A stretch of DNA of 64,000 nt from Gammaproteobacteria bacterium (GTDB lineage Bacteria; Pseudomonadota; Gammaproteobacteria; CAJXQU01): assembly GCA_965238175.1 (NCBI GenBank), contig CBDEGZ010000003.1, positions 1,824,001 to 1,888,000 on the forward strand, given 5' to 3'. Position numbers and translations under genes: made by a program. The notes beneath the pieces were generated by a model. It worked only from the letters and a program-made list of their open reading frames with translations, made no database searches and was not told where the DNA came from. Positions 52,563-62,464 of the stretch are shown here, in pieces (positions within the stretch are counted from its first letter, which is position 1; every line of letters starts with the position of its first letter).

Positions 52563-54086
52563 CTAAGGAAGTTGTTTTCTTTTTGCAATTAAAGTGATAA
52601 GAGCACTTGCAAACAGCCATATGCCACCAGGAATTGGTACTGCTGAGGTCTGCCAGGCAAGTGCATAGTCATGATCAAAATTTTCATCTGAGGCTGTTAC
52701 ATCAATTCGGTAGTCGCCTATTTGATCGAGTAGAACCCAGATATTCTCGGTGTTATCGATAGTGCTGTTAGAGCTTGCAATTAAGGTATCAGTTAAATCA
52801 GGATTGATAAAATAGAGTGCAAGGTTTAGATCGTAAAGTGTTGCGGTAAAATCTGAGAATTGATCACCAGTTGAGTCAGCTTCAGTCTCAAAGGCAAGAT
52901 TCCAGACTAATGAAGCCGCAAACATGGCCATATCATCTGCAAGGCTGAATTCGTACGATGTTGTAGTATTACTACTATTTTCACCTCCAAATGACTCGAC
53001 ATAATCAAAACCCGTTGTACCAACATTACCAGCTTCCTGTTCTTCGGCTGCGAGGATCTTATAGCTATTATTAATATTTAATTGACCTGCACCAAAGCGA
53101 CTATCAAGGCCATTGTTTGTTTCGTTGCCCGCAGTACTACGATAATCATTAATATTTGGTCTACCGTCTGAATTAGAAGTGGTACGACTTGCACCGGCCA
53201 TCAGTACGGATTTAATCACTTCTGACCGCTCAGCATTGTAGATGGTTTTCCCATTAATCGTTTCAGCAGTTCCTTGTGCTTGATCATGCCCATAACCAAC
53301 CAGTAAAGCGGCGGCTGAAGCAACTCTGGGTGTTGCAGCACTATGAGTGGTTTCTGGTACAACGATGTCTGGTCTAGCTCTTTGAGTTGAATTGTAGACT
53401 CCACCTAAATTAACGGCTGTTGGTGGGCCACTTGCATCTGTACGGCCAACGGCAATTACGTTGAAGGCCGTACCATTTATTGGAACGGTGGTACTTGCGG
53501 TAACGATATTTTGTTCATCTTGATCAACACTCCAATCGATTCTACTCAATATATCAATGGCTTCAGGGAAATCCCCACTACTAACACTGCCTTCATAGCT
53601 ATGATTGGAGACTCGAATATTAGAGGTTGCAGGATTATTTACTGTTCCAGAATTAAGATAACCATTTTCTAACCAATGATCTGCTGCAAAAACATGTACC
53701 TCAGAGACACCTGGAGCAGTTGATTGAGTGGGGCCATAAAATCTTTGAGCTGAACCAGAAGCATGGCCAGAAAAATCTGTGGAAGCACCCAATGATGAAG
53801 AATGATCGTAGCCTGTCGGTGGAGCTGGTGAGGTATTATCATCGCGATAGTTTTTGAAGGCTTTATCGGGTCTATATGTACAATCACCGGGAGAAGTTTC
53901 TATATTACAACCACTACCGGTAAATGCCTCGACAATCCCTACTGAAACCCCAGTTCCATCGGGGGTTGAACTGCCTAGTTCAGTTTGTAATTGGGTATAA
54001 GCAATATCGTCAAATAAGGTCGCAGAACTCAGCAGGGGAAAGCTAAGGAAACACGAAAATATAAAAAGGCGATTTGTTTTATCCAT
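52563..54086 (-). CDS. divergent S8 subtilase-like exported protein with VPLPA/PEP-CTERM tail
   Basis: GVSVGIVE, SGHAS, RPDIVVP, HSAATPRVASAAALL, FGAGQLN; tail VPIPGGIWLFASALITLIAKRKQ. Confidence 0.78.
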   Translation of the reverse strand: MDKTNRLFIFSCFLSFPLLSSATLFDDIAYTQLQTELGSSTPDGTGVSVGIVEAFTGSGCNIETSPGDCTYRPDKAFKNYRDDNTSPAPPTGYDHSSSLGASTDFSGHASGSAQRFYGPTQSTAPGVSEVHVFAADHWLENGYLNSGTVNNPATSNIRVSNHSYEGSVSSGDFPEAIDILSRIDWSVDQDEQNIVTASTTVPINGTAFNVIAVGRTDASGPPTAVNLGGVYNSTQRARPDIVVPETTHSAATPRVASAAALLVGYGHDQAQGTAETINGKTIYNAERSEVIKSVLMAGASRTTSNSDGRPNINDYRSTAGNETNNGLDSRFGAGQLNINNSYKILAAEEQEAGNVGTTGFDYVESFGGENSSNTTTSYEFSLADDMAMFAASLVWNLAFETEADSTGDQFSDFTATLYDLNLALYFINPDLTDTLIASSNSTIDNTENIWVLLDQIGDYRIDVTASDENFDHDYALAWQTSAVPIPGGIWLFASALITLIAKRKQLP

Positions 54087-54190
54087 TTAAGCCTGAATTA
54101 TAGTGAATACAACATTATTGTATTGTAAGGTTGTATTTTAGTCCATATGTAAGTGATCACATTAAGAACACATAGTACATATTTGACTAT

Positions 54191-54245
54191 CTCTGTTCTA
54201 GCTACGTAAACACAAAAGGAAGTGAGTACGTAGCTAGAGCTAGAG
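54191..54245. terminator. long hairpin downstream of pntB
   Basis: TCTAGCTACGTA...TACGTAGCTAGA stem. Confidence 0.55.
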
Positions 54246-54256
54246 ATTGAAGTTGA

Positions 54257-55654
54257 TCATGCGCCTAATGCTTTGTTGATTTCATCCATCATTACTTTTG
54301 CATCCCCGAATAGCATCCGCGTATTGTCGAGATAAAACAATGGGTTATCAACGCCAGCATAACCCGATGCCATACCTCGTTTCATAACGATGGATGTCTT
54401 ACCCTTCCAGCATTCTAAAACAGGCATGCCGGCAATTGGGCTATTTGGATCGGTGAGAGCTGCTGGGTTAACAATGTCATTTGCACCGATAACGATAGAA
54501 ACATCGATATCAGGGAAGTCTTCATTAATCTCATCCATTTCAAAGACAATGTCATATGGAACATGTGCTTCTGCAAGTAACACATTCATATGCCCCGGCA
54601 TACGGCCAGCCACAGGATGGATCCCAAAACCAACTTCAACACCTTTTCCTTTGAGTAGCTTAGTAACTTCATTTACAGAGTGCTGCGCCTGCGCTACAGC
54701 CATACCATAGCCAGGGATGATCATGACTTTTTTTGCATCTAACAACATTTGAGCAACTTCAGTTGCCTCGATCGGAAAAACCTCACCGGCTTCTTCTTGA
54801 TCACCTGATGGGCCACTTGTCGGTGTACCGAATCCACCGGCGATAACGCTAAAGAAGTTTCGATTCATAGCGCGACACATGATGTAACTTAGAATTGCGC
54901 CGCTACTACCAACTAATGCACCAGTTACGATTAATAAATCATTGTTCAACATAAATCCGGTTGCTGAAGCAGCCCAACCAGAATAGCTGTTGAGCATTGA
55001 AATGACGACAGGCATATCTGCACCACCAATAGCCATTACCATATGAACGCCAATGAGTAATGCTACAATTGTCATCAAGATCATAGGGGTTAAACCTCCA
55101 CCCTCTACATTTGCGTCCACAAAACAAAAGGCAAGGTAAAAAACGATCAGAAGTGCGACCAAATTCAGCCAATGCCGAGCCGGTAACATGATTGGTTTGC
55201 CATCAATCTTACCACTAAGTTTTCCAAATGCGATGACGGATCCCGAGAATGTTAATGCACCGATAAAAACACCGATATAGGTTTCTACATCGTGGATGGA
55301 TTTTTCTATACCGGCAAGGGTATGAGAATGATCGGAAAAATTAGCATAACCAACCAGAACGGCCGCGAGGCCTACCAGACTATGAAGAATAGCCACTAGT
55401 TCAGGCATTTCCGTCATTTGTACTCTATTAGCGAGAAACAAACCTCCTGCACCACCTAATATCATCGCTAGAATGAGTGCCCAGTAGCTCGTGACTGCAC
55501 CACTTAATACGGTTGCAACTATTGCGATTGCCATTCCGATCATGCCGAAATAATTACCACGACGTGCTGACTCCTGTTTACTTAACCCACCTAACGCCAA
55601 AATGAACAGAATAGTGGCTGTGATATATGAAATTGTTACGATTCCTTGATTCAT
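54257..55654 (-). CDS. pntB: NAD(P) transhydrogenase beta subunit
   Basis: [38 protein letters not shown]. Confidence 0.97.
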   Translation of the reverse strand: MNQGIVTISYITATILFILALGGLSKQESARRGNYFGMIGMAIAIVATVLSGAVTSYWALILAMILGGAGGLFLANRVQMTEMPELVAILHSLVGLAAVLVGYANFSDHSHTLAGIEKSIHDVETYIGVFIGALTFSGSVIAFGKLSGKIDGKPIMLPARHWLNLVALLIVFYLAFCFVDANVEGGGLTPMILMTIVALLIGVHMVMAIGGADMPVVISMLNSYSGWAASATGFMLNNDLLIVTGALVGSSGAILSYIMCRAMNRNFFSVIAGGFGTPTSGPSGDQEEAGEVFPIEATEVAQMLLDAKKVMIIPGYGMAVAQAQHSVNEVTKLLKGKGVEVGFGIHPVAGRMPGHMNVLLAEAHVPYDIVFEMDEINEDFPDIDVSIVIGANDIVNPAALTDPNSPIAGMPVLECWKGKTSIVMKRGMASGYAGVDNPLFYLDNTRMLFGDAKVMMDEINKALGA

Positions 55655-55664
55655 TATCTTCCCC

Positions 55665-57200
55665 TTATTTTCTGAACATTTCTAACATTCTGCGCGTTAC
55701 ACCGAACCCGCCAAAAATGTTAATGCTTGTTATAAATATGGCAATGAATGCAAGAAAAGTAATTGCCCCTCCTGATGAAACTTGTACTAATGCGCCGATG
55801 ATGATGATGCTACTGATAGCATTGGTAACACTCATCAAAGGGGTATGTAGCGCTGGAGCAACATTCCATATGACCATATAGCCGATAAAGCAGGCCAGGA
55901 CAAAAACGGTAAAGTGAGACATAAAAGATTCTGGTGCAACGGCCCCTAACCAAAGTAGAAGCGAGCCCGCGATTGCAACAGGTAGTACTTTTTGCCAGAT
56001 TGGTTTTTCTTCAGGTTCAATTTCGACAGGCGCTGGAGTTGCGGCAGGTTTTGCTTGCGCAGGGGTTGCAGATAATTTTGGAGTCGGTGGTGGCCAGGTA
56101 ATAGATCCCTCTTTGATTACTGTTGCACCACGAATGGCCTCATCTTCCATATCAATGTTAATCACGCCATCTTTTTCGGGTGTCATATCCGTCAACAAGT
56201 GACGAATATTGGTTGCATAGAGTTGACTGGATTGCGTTGGTAAGCGACTCGGTAGATCTGTATAACCAATGATATTGACGTTATGTTTATTGACGATCTT
56301 ACCAGGTTCAGTAAATTCACAGTTACCGCCTTGTTCAGCTGCTAAATCAACAATAACACTGCCATCTTTCATACTTTTCACCATTTCTTTGGTGATCAGT
56401 TTTGGGGCTGGTTTACCAGGAATAAGTGCTGTAGTGATGATGATATCAACTTCTTTAGCTTGCTCCGCGAAAAGAGCCATTTCAGCTTCAATGAATTCTT
56501 TACTCATTGTTTTGGCGTAGCCACCTTCACCGCTAGCATCTTCTTCGAAATCAAGCTCTAAGAACTCTGCATCCATACTTTCTATTTGTTCTTTTACCTC
56601 TGGTCGGGTATCGAAAGCGCGAACTATAGCGCCAAGACTTTTTGCCGTACCAATCGCAGAAAGACCCGCTACACCAGCACCGATAATCATTACTTTTGCT
56701 GGTGGGATTTTACCAGCGGCGGTAATTTGGCCAGTAAAAAATCGGCCAAAGTTCTCCGCAGCTTCAATCACCGCACGGTAACCTGCGATATTGGCCATTG
56801 AACTTAATGCATCCATTTTTTGTGCCCGCGAAATACGTGGAACACTGTCCATTGCGAGGATATTGACGTTCTTTTTAGCTAATTTGGCCATTAATTCTTC
56901 ATTTTGTGCCGGCCAAATAAAACTGATCATGGTTTGGCTATCTTTCAACTTCTCGACTTCATCACCAGAAGGAGGGCGAACTTTGATGACGATATCTGCT
57001 TTATCCCATAAGGATTTTGCGTCACGTCGAATTGAAACACCGGCTTCACGATATGCAGCGTCAGAGAAATTTGCAGCAATGCCAGCACCTGACTCTACAG
57101 CAACTTCGAATCCTAATTTGATCAATTGTTGCGCGACATCTGGTGTTGTCGCAACACGGTTTTCACCAGGAAATATTTCCTTTGGTATGCCAATCTTCAT
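55665..57200 (-). CDS. pntA: NAD(P) transhydrogenase alpha subunit
   Basis: [37 protein letters not shown]. Confidence 0.97.
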   Translation of the reverse strand: MKIGIPKEIFPGENRVATTPDVAQQLIKLGFEVAVESGAGIAANFSDAAYREAGVSIRRDAKSLWDKADIVIKVRPPSGDEVEKLKDSQTMISFIWPAQNEELMAKLAKKNVNILAMDSVPRISRAQKMDALSSMANIAGYRAVIEAAENFGRFFTGQITAAGKIPPAKVMIIGAGVAGLSAIGTAKSLGAIVRAFDTRPEVKEQIESMDAEFLELDFEEDASGEGGYAKTMSKEFIEAEMALFAEQAKEVDIIITTALIPGKPAPKLITKEMVKSMKDGSVIVDLAAEQGGNCEFTEPGKIVNKHNVNIIGYTDLPSRLPTQSSQLYATNIRHLLTDMTPEKDGVINIDMEDEAIRGATVIKEGSITWPPPTPKLSATPAQAKPAATPAPVEIEPEEKPIWQKVLPVAIAGSLLLWLGAVAPESFMSHFTVFVLACFIGYMVIWNVAPALHTPLMSVTNAISSIIIIGALVQVSSGGAITFLAFIAIFITSINIFGGFGVTRRMLEMFRK

Positions 57201-57348
57201 TGATGTTCCCCTATGATTTACTTCTTGAATGGGTTGTTTTTATTATTTTTATTTTATTGTTTTATTCCTTACACACTGATGCTTTAGAGATTAAGCTCTA
57301 ATTCTAACTGAGAGGTGGGATCTTCTACAACCAGGTTGTTCTAAATGC

Positions 57349-57546
57349 TTATCCTTTGACCATTATGATCAAGACATAAACAAATAGCGCTATACCACCG
57401 ATTACAGCTGCGAAAGTTAACCAGTCTTGGTTACTGCCCTTAGGACTTTCTTTCCACATCCTTTTTGCGCTTGGCAAGATGTAAAGAAACATTGCAATGA
57501 TGAAGGCTGCTTGCGCTACGAGAAGCCAATCAAATGATTCTGTCAT
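57349..57546 (-). CDS. small two-TM membrane protein
   Basis: 65 aa, TM-SPKGSNQDW-TM pattern. Confidence 0.7.
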   Translation of the reverse strand: MTESFDWLLVAQAAFIIAMFLYILPSAKRMWKESPKGSNQDWLTFAAVIGGIALFVYVLIIMVKG

Positions 57547-57591
57547 TTAAATTTTTTATTATGTTGAACAAATAAACTGATCGTGTAAAAA

Positions 57592-57621
57592 ATAAAAACC
57601 TCGGGTATCCGAGGTTTTTAT
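57592..57621 (-). terminator. intrinsic terminator after yccA
   Basis: ATAAAAACCTCGG-N4-CCGAGGTTTTTAT. Confidence 0.8.
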
Positions 57622-57628
57622 AAATTAA

Positions 57629-58297
57629 TTACTCGTCACTAAATACCCCAAGAATATGCAGTAGACTCGTAAATATATTGTATATGCTGAGGTAGAGACC
57701 AACCGTTGCATTGATATAGTTTGTCTCACCACCACGAATAATACGGCTAGTATCGTAGAGTATGAATCCTGACATAACCATAATTATGGCTGAGCTAAGA
57801 GCCAGACTTAATGCTGGGATCTTTAAAAACAAGTTAAGCAACGATGCACCGAGGATGACTAAAAAACCTGTAATTAAAAATCCCCCTAAAAAGGTGAAGT
57901 CTTTTTTGGTAGTCAAGACATAGCTAGAAAGTGCAAGGAAAATAACGCCTGTACCTCCAAGGGCAGTCATGACTATTTGTCCGCCATTATTCATTTGCAG
58001 GTAATATGTCAACATTGGGCCAAGACTAAAACCAAGTAAGCCCGTTACTGCAAAAACTACACCTATACCCGCGGCCGAATTAGCGGTTTTAGGCAATACA
58101 AACCAGATCAGAGCGATGGCACCGATGCTTGAAGCTAAGCTCATGCCGCGTGATGGCATAACTTGCATAGATATCCAGGCAGTAACTGCACTAAACAATA
58201 GAGTTAATGCAAGTAACATGTAGGTGTTTTTCAATACTTTATTTGTTGCAAGTATCGACTCTGAAGAACGTGTGACAACTGATTGCGGTGAATTCAT
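57629..58297 (-). CDS. yccA: Bax inhibitor-1/YccA family protein
   Basis: ATNKVLKNTYMLL, ILYDTSRII.GGETNYI; GGAG RBS before MNSPQ. Confidence 0.92.
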   Translation of the reverse strand: MNSPQSVVTRSSESILATNKVLKNTYMLLALTLLFSAVTAWISMQVMPSRGMSLASSIGAIALIWFVLPKTANSAAGIGVVFAVTGLLGFSLGPMLTYYLQMNNGGQIVMTALGGTGVIFLALSSYVLTTKKDFTFLGGFLITGFLVILGASLLNLFLKIPALSLALSSAIIMVMSGFILYDTSRIIRGGETNYINATVGLYLSIYNIFTSLLHILGVFSDE

Positions 58298-58378
58298 CTT
58301 TAAATTATCTCCTTCTAAATGACTGTACATAATACCAACTTTTATAGAATACCACATCGGCGGCTCTCTAAAAATCTA

Positions 58379-58405
58379 TATATGGTCACAAAAAGTTTAT
58401 TCAAG
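58379..58405 (-). promoter_or_regulatory. candidate sigma32 promoter of yccA
   Basis: CTTGAA-N14-CCATAT on the minus strand. Confidence 0.45.
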
Positions 58406-58445
58406 AACTTGAGTTGTAGGAAACCGTTGATTACAGAATAACCTA

Positions 58446-58631
58446 AGGGCTGTCCTAGATAACTAAAAAATCTAGGATAGTTAGATGAGACGGAGTAGTT
58501 TAAATCACTATAAACAAACTCGATTAATTGAATTATTTATTGCCGGTGACCTTTCCCCCAAATTTAAGACCACAGCAAGCTATTATTTTCAGCATTTGCG
58601 GATGAATTAGCCTAGTTATCTAGGACGGACC
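58446..58631 (+). mobile_element. IS1595-family (IS1016 group) miniature remnant
   Basis: Terminal IRs GGGCTGTCCTAGATAACTA and TAGTTATCTAGGACGGACC; MRRSSLNHYKQTRLIELFIAG and KTTASYYFQHLR match the IS1016 transposase N-terminus. Confidence 0.82.
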
Positions 58632-59310
58632 ATAACCTAATTGAGGATGGGAAGTGTTTATAGTTGATTTTCCCAGGTATTGTTTTTATTACAACTGCAA
58701 GCCTGAACTGTTCAATTTCCCATTCCAAAAGGAAAGGTGCTTTACTATCATGAAGCAATGAAAGAACGGAAATATCCTTAAAGACTGTCCGAACTTGTTC
58801 GGACAAAGGAAGGGTTTTGTAATAAGCCTCTTTTGCACACCAAGTGCGGTAGAAAATTTCTGTTTGCTTTTCTGCTGATTTAGAAAGGTATTCGAGTTCT
58901 TCTTCATTCATAAACATTTCAGCTAAATCATGAAGGTTACGTTGTTTGATGGTTTCTAAATCGATACCGACTGGAGAATCTGCGATCGCGAAACAGATTA
59001 GTTCATTGCTGTGACTTAGGCTAATGAAAATATTTTTCGGCAAGTTTTTAACTTCAGGAGTGGAATTTGGGCGTTCAATAAACTCCCAGTTATTTTCCTG
59101 GACAAAAAAATGTTGACTAAGCGCATGGCGCATAAGTGCACGGCTTAGCAAAAATTCTCGACGTTTAGGTGCGCTCTTTGTTAATTGAAGTCTTTTTTTT
59201 TCAGAGAAGGAAAGTAGGTGCTTAGTTTGTTGCTCTATCAAGCTCGACTCAACTCCAACTCTAGAAAACCAGAGCTGGAGTGAGTTGGGAGCTAAGTTAC
59301 TACTCAGCAA
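58612..59310 (-). CDS. 4'-phosphopantetheinyl transferase (Sfp type)
   Basis: SLSHS, VGIDLE, WCAKEAYYK. Confidence 0.88.
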   Translation of the reverse strand: MLSSNLAPNSLQLWFSRVGVESSLIEQQTKHLLSFSEKKRLQLTKSAPKRREFLLSRALMRHALSQHFFVQENNWEFIERPNSTPEVKNLPKNIFISLSHSNELICFAIADSPVGIDLETIKQRNLHDLAEMFMNEEELEYLSKSAEKQTEIFYRTWCAKEAYYKTLPLSEQVRTVFKDISVLSLLHDSKAPFLLEWEIEQFRLAVVIKTIPGKINYKHFPSSIRLWSVLDN

Positions 59311-59734
59311 GCTTAACGACTTCTCCTTGTAATGCTACGCCTGCTATAATGTTTCCTGCGTGGCATTCAAATTCATTATTGCTTGAGAACTTGTCTTTTT
59401 TATAATAACTAACGATATTGATGACCGCATTACCACCTTCAGTTTTCACACGATCTTGTAGAGAGATCAGTGCCGAGAGAAGAACCCATCGACAAGCTTT
59501 ATCATCGCTTTTACCAAAAGCATTAGTTTTTTTATTTGTGACGAACTTACCAAAAGAGTTTGCGACCTTTTGATGTTTTTGATCACCAAAATAAAACTTA
59601 ATATTAGGATCTAATTGATCTTTAAAATCTGAAGATTGAAGTGCTTCTTCAATGGGTAACAGGAGCTTAGTATCTCTAGGGTAAACCTGAAAAGATATTA
59701 AGAACAAGATAGTTGTTATAGCTATAAATTTCAC
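59300..59734 (-). CDS. exported protein commonly found in ape clusters (often labelled 'excinuclease ATPase subunit')
   Basis: Signal peptide; TNKKTNAFGKSDDKACRW, FECHAG. Confidence 0.75.
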   Translation of the reverse strand: MKFIAITTILFLISFQVYPRDTKLLLPIEEALQSSDFKDQLDPNIKFYFGDQKHQKVANSFGKFVTNKKTNAFGKSDDKACRWVLLSALISLQDRVKTEGGNAVINIVSYYKKDKFSSNNEFECHAGNIIAGVALQGEVVKLAE

Positions 59735-59882
59735 TTGTTGATTTTCCTTTTGAGGACACACTATTTTATTAAATATGGCCTGATTATATGTGATATTATT
59801 AGTCGGTTCAATGTGGTTTGAATTTTGCTTTTTGCAAAGTATATTTCGATCTAAAACTAATGAATCAGACGGAGATATCGAA

Positions 59883-60614
59883 GTGGTAAGTTTTCAGCTT
59901 GAAACTTGGTCTGCAATGGCGCCTGGGCTAAATACGATAGATGACTGGCAAGATTGGCTTGATAGTCCGAGGGCGATTGAAGAACCGCTAGGAAAAGTTT
60001 CGTTGAAAGAGATCCCTCCATTGTTGCGTAGACGTTTTAGTACGCCAGGTAAATGTGCGCTGGGAGCGGCATTACCTATCCTTGAGGATGGAGAGATGAT
60101 TCCAAGTATTTTTGCATCCAGACACGGTGATAGCGCGTTAACATTATCGTTATTAAGTGCTATTGGTCGGAATGATACAATGTCTCCTACAGGATTTAGC
60201 CTTGCGGTTCACAATGCGGTTAGCGGTTTGTTTTCAATTGCGCGAAAAGATACAAGTGAAGTAACGACGATTGCAGCGATGGAAGGGTTAGTATTACAAG
60301 CATTAATTGAAGCAGTAGGACAGTTAAAGGTTTCCAAGAGGGTACTTTGTGTTATTTATGATACTCCCCTTCCTGACCCTTATAGCCGTTGCACGACCAG
60401 CGATCTATTTCCCTATGCTATCGCCATTATTTTAACGCGTACAAGTGGTGGTAAATACCATTTAGAGCGAGGCAGTAGTGGTGTTCCAGATAGAACGTTT
60501 CTGCCAGCAGAATTAGGTAGTGAACCTCTTCGTTTTATTGAGATGTTGGCTGGAAGAACAACAGCGATGGTATCTGAATTGAATGGAGCTGCTTGGCGAA
60601 TAGTGCAAGGTTAA
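59883..60614 (+). CDS. ketosynthase chain-length factor (ApeC-like)
   Basis: IPPLLRRR, FASRHG, SPTGFSLAVHNA; GTG start after GGAG. Confidence 0.85.
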   Translation: MVSFQLETWSAMAPGLNTIDDWQDWLDSPRAIEEPLGKVSLKEIPPLLRRRFSTPGKCALGAALPILEDGEMIPSIFASRHGDSALTLSLLSAIGRNDTMSPTGFSLAVHNAVSGLFSIARKDTSEVTTIAAMEGLVLQALIEAVGQLKVSKRVLCVIYDTPLPDPYSRCTTSDLFPYAIAIILTRTSGGKYHLERGSSGVPDRTFLPAELGSEPLRFIEMLAGRTTAMVSELNGAAWRIVQG

Positions 60615-60623
60615 TTTCTGAAA

Positions 60624-61394
60624 TTGCTTGCGAAAATAAAGTATGGATGGCGATGGTTTGCAACCGCATTTAGCTTTTTTATATTTGGTCTTGGAGGTAT
60701 TTTAATACCACTAATTATAGTACCAGTATTGTATTTATTGATTAGGGATGATGTGCAACGAGAGCAGCTAGGACAGCAATTTATCCATTGTTTATTTTAT
60801 GTTTATATTAGATTGATGAAGTTTATGGGTGTGTTGACTTACGAGGTTAGCGGAATAGAAAAGCTAAAAGATTCTAAGTTGATTGTAGCAAATCATCCTT
60901 CATTGATAGATGTTGTTTTTCTAATATCTTTTGTGCCAAATGCCAACTGTATAGTTAAGAATAAATTAGCTCGCAACCCCGTGATGATGGGTGCGCTAAA
61001 AGTGGCAGGATATATAGTAAATGATGATGTTGCCGAGGATGTGGTTACCTCGGCAGCTAAAGCATTTGAGAAAGGGCATGCCTTGATTGTTTTTCCGGAA
61101 GGAACGCGCACAACACCTGCACAACAAATGGAACTTAAAAGAGGTGCTGCAAACATAGCAATAAGAACAGAAGTGGATGTTACACCAATATTGATTGAGT
61201 GCGAACCGACAACACTTACGAAGGCTGATCGTTGGTATCAGATTCCGGATAGACGAGCACATTTCCGGATACAGGTTAAAGATAAAATAAAAATAGGTAA
61301 GTACTTGGGTGATATAAAGCCGGCAAAGGCTGCACGGGTACTGACAAATGATTTAAGTAATTATTTTAAACAGGAGCTAGGACTGCATGAGTAA
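60624..61394 (+). CDS. lysophospholipid acyltransferase (ApeD-like)
   Basis: ANHPSLID, FPEGTRT. Confidence 0.88.
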   Translation: MLAKIKYGWRWFATAFSFFIFGLGGILIPLIIVPVLYLLIRDDVQREQLGQQFIHCLFYVYIRLMKFMGVLTYEVSGIEKLKDSKLIVANHPSLIDVVFLISFVPNANCIVKNKLARNPVMMGALKVAGYIVNDDVAEDVVTSAAKAFEKGHALIVFPEGTRTTPAQQMELKRGAANIAIRTEVDVTPILIECEPTTLTKADRWYQIPDRRAHFRIQVKDKIKIGKYLGDIKPAKAARVLTNDLSNYFKQELGLHE

Positions 61395-61662
61395 ACTGCA
61401 CCGCGAACTTAAACAGATGATAATAGAAGTTTTGGATCTGGAAGATGTTGAGATTGACGAAATTATAGATAATGAGCCTCTATTTGTCGATGGTTTAGGG
61501 TTGGATTCTATCGATGCATTGGAGATCGGTCTTGCCTTACAAAAACGTTATGGAATTAAATTGAAATCTGATTCAGAAGAAACTCGACGGTACTTTGCCA
61601 GTATTAATGCACTGGTTGGGTTAATCGTATCTCATGGTTCTAACCAAACCGGACAAAATTAA
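61387..61662 (+). CDS. acyl carrier protein (ApeE-like)
   Basis: PLFVDGLGLDSIDALE. Confidence 0.92.
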   Translation: MSKLHRELKQMIIEVLDLEDVEIDEIIDNEPLFVDGLGLDSIDALEIGLALQKRYGIKLKSDSEETRRYFASINALVGLIVSHGSNQTGQN

Positions 61663-61674
61663 GTAGAGAGAATT

Positions 61675-61923
61675 ATGAAAAATCAGGAAGAAATTCTTAA
61701 TAATATTGTGTTGCTTTTCGGAGAGTTGTTCGAAACTGATCCTGAAAAAATAAAATTAGAATCTAATCTATATCGAGATCTTGATATAGATAGTATTGAT
61801 GCCGTAGATTTGGTTGTTGAGTTAAAAAAAATGACAGGCAAAAAAATTCAGCCCGATGATTTCAAAGCAGTGCGTACCGTTCAGGATATCGTTGAACAAG
61901 TAGATAAATTACTAAACGGTTAA
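61675..61923 (+). CDS. acyl carrier protein (ApeF-like)
   Basis: DLDIDSIDAVDL, FKAVRTVQD. Confidence 0.92.
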   Translation: MKNQEEILNNIVLLFGELFETDPEKIKLESNLYRDLDIDSIDAVDLVVELKKMTGKKIQPDDFKAVRTVQDIVEQVDKLLNG

Positions 61924-62462
61924 TGTTAAAGGCTGTAGTTATTGTTCTATCCTTATGCTATCCCTTTATTATCTATTGGGGTTTACAACAGTACGACGCT
62001 AGAATTTTGTTACCAATATTGCTGGTGTTACTCAGTTTGAGATGGTTGCTTGGAGACGAATATTATGAGCGGAGGATTATCATTGCAACTTTGGTTGGTT
62101 TGATTGTTATTACCTTAACATATGGCTCTCAACTCGGACTAAAATTTTATCCTGTGATGATGAATCTTGGTTTTTTGATTCTATTCGGTAGTAGCGTGAT
62201 TTCTCCTCCTACCTTTGTTGAACATTTGGCTCGAATTAAGGAGCCTGACTTGCCACCAGAGGCTGTTAGTTATACGCGTAAAGTAACTTTAGTCTGGTGT
62301 GTATTCTTTTTCATCAATGGTGCGATTGCAGCTTTTACGGCCTTATATTGTACGGAGAAAGTCTGGCTGTTATATAACGGGTTTATTGCGTATATTCTTA
62401 TTGGTAGCCTGGTCTGTGGAGAGTTGATAGTTCGTCAGAGGATCAAAAAGAATCTGATCTAA
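61923..62462 (+). CDS. membrane protein (ApeG/COG4648-like)
   Basis: KFYPV, YTRKVTLVWCVFF.ING, W.LYNG.IAY. Confidence 0.85.
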   Translation: MLKAVVIVLSLCYPFIIYWGLQQYDARILLPILLVLLSLRWLLGDEYYERRIIIATLVGLIVITLTYGSQLGLKFYPVMMNLGFLILFGSSVISPPTFVEHLARIKEPDLPPEAVSYTRKVTLVWCVFFFINGAIAAFTALYCTEKVWLLYNGFIAYILIGSLVCGELIVRQRIKKNLI

Positions 62463-62464
62463 TT

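Noticed and set aside
58298-58445. tRNA-Ser expected near yccA
   Set aside because: No cloverleaf, T-loop GTTCGAA or CCA end found
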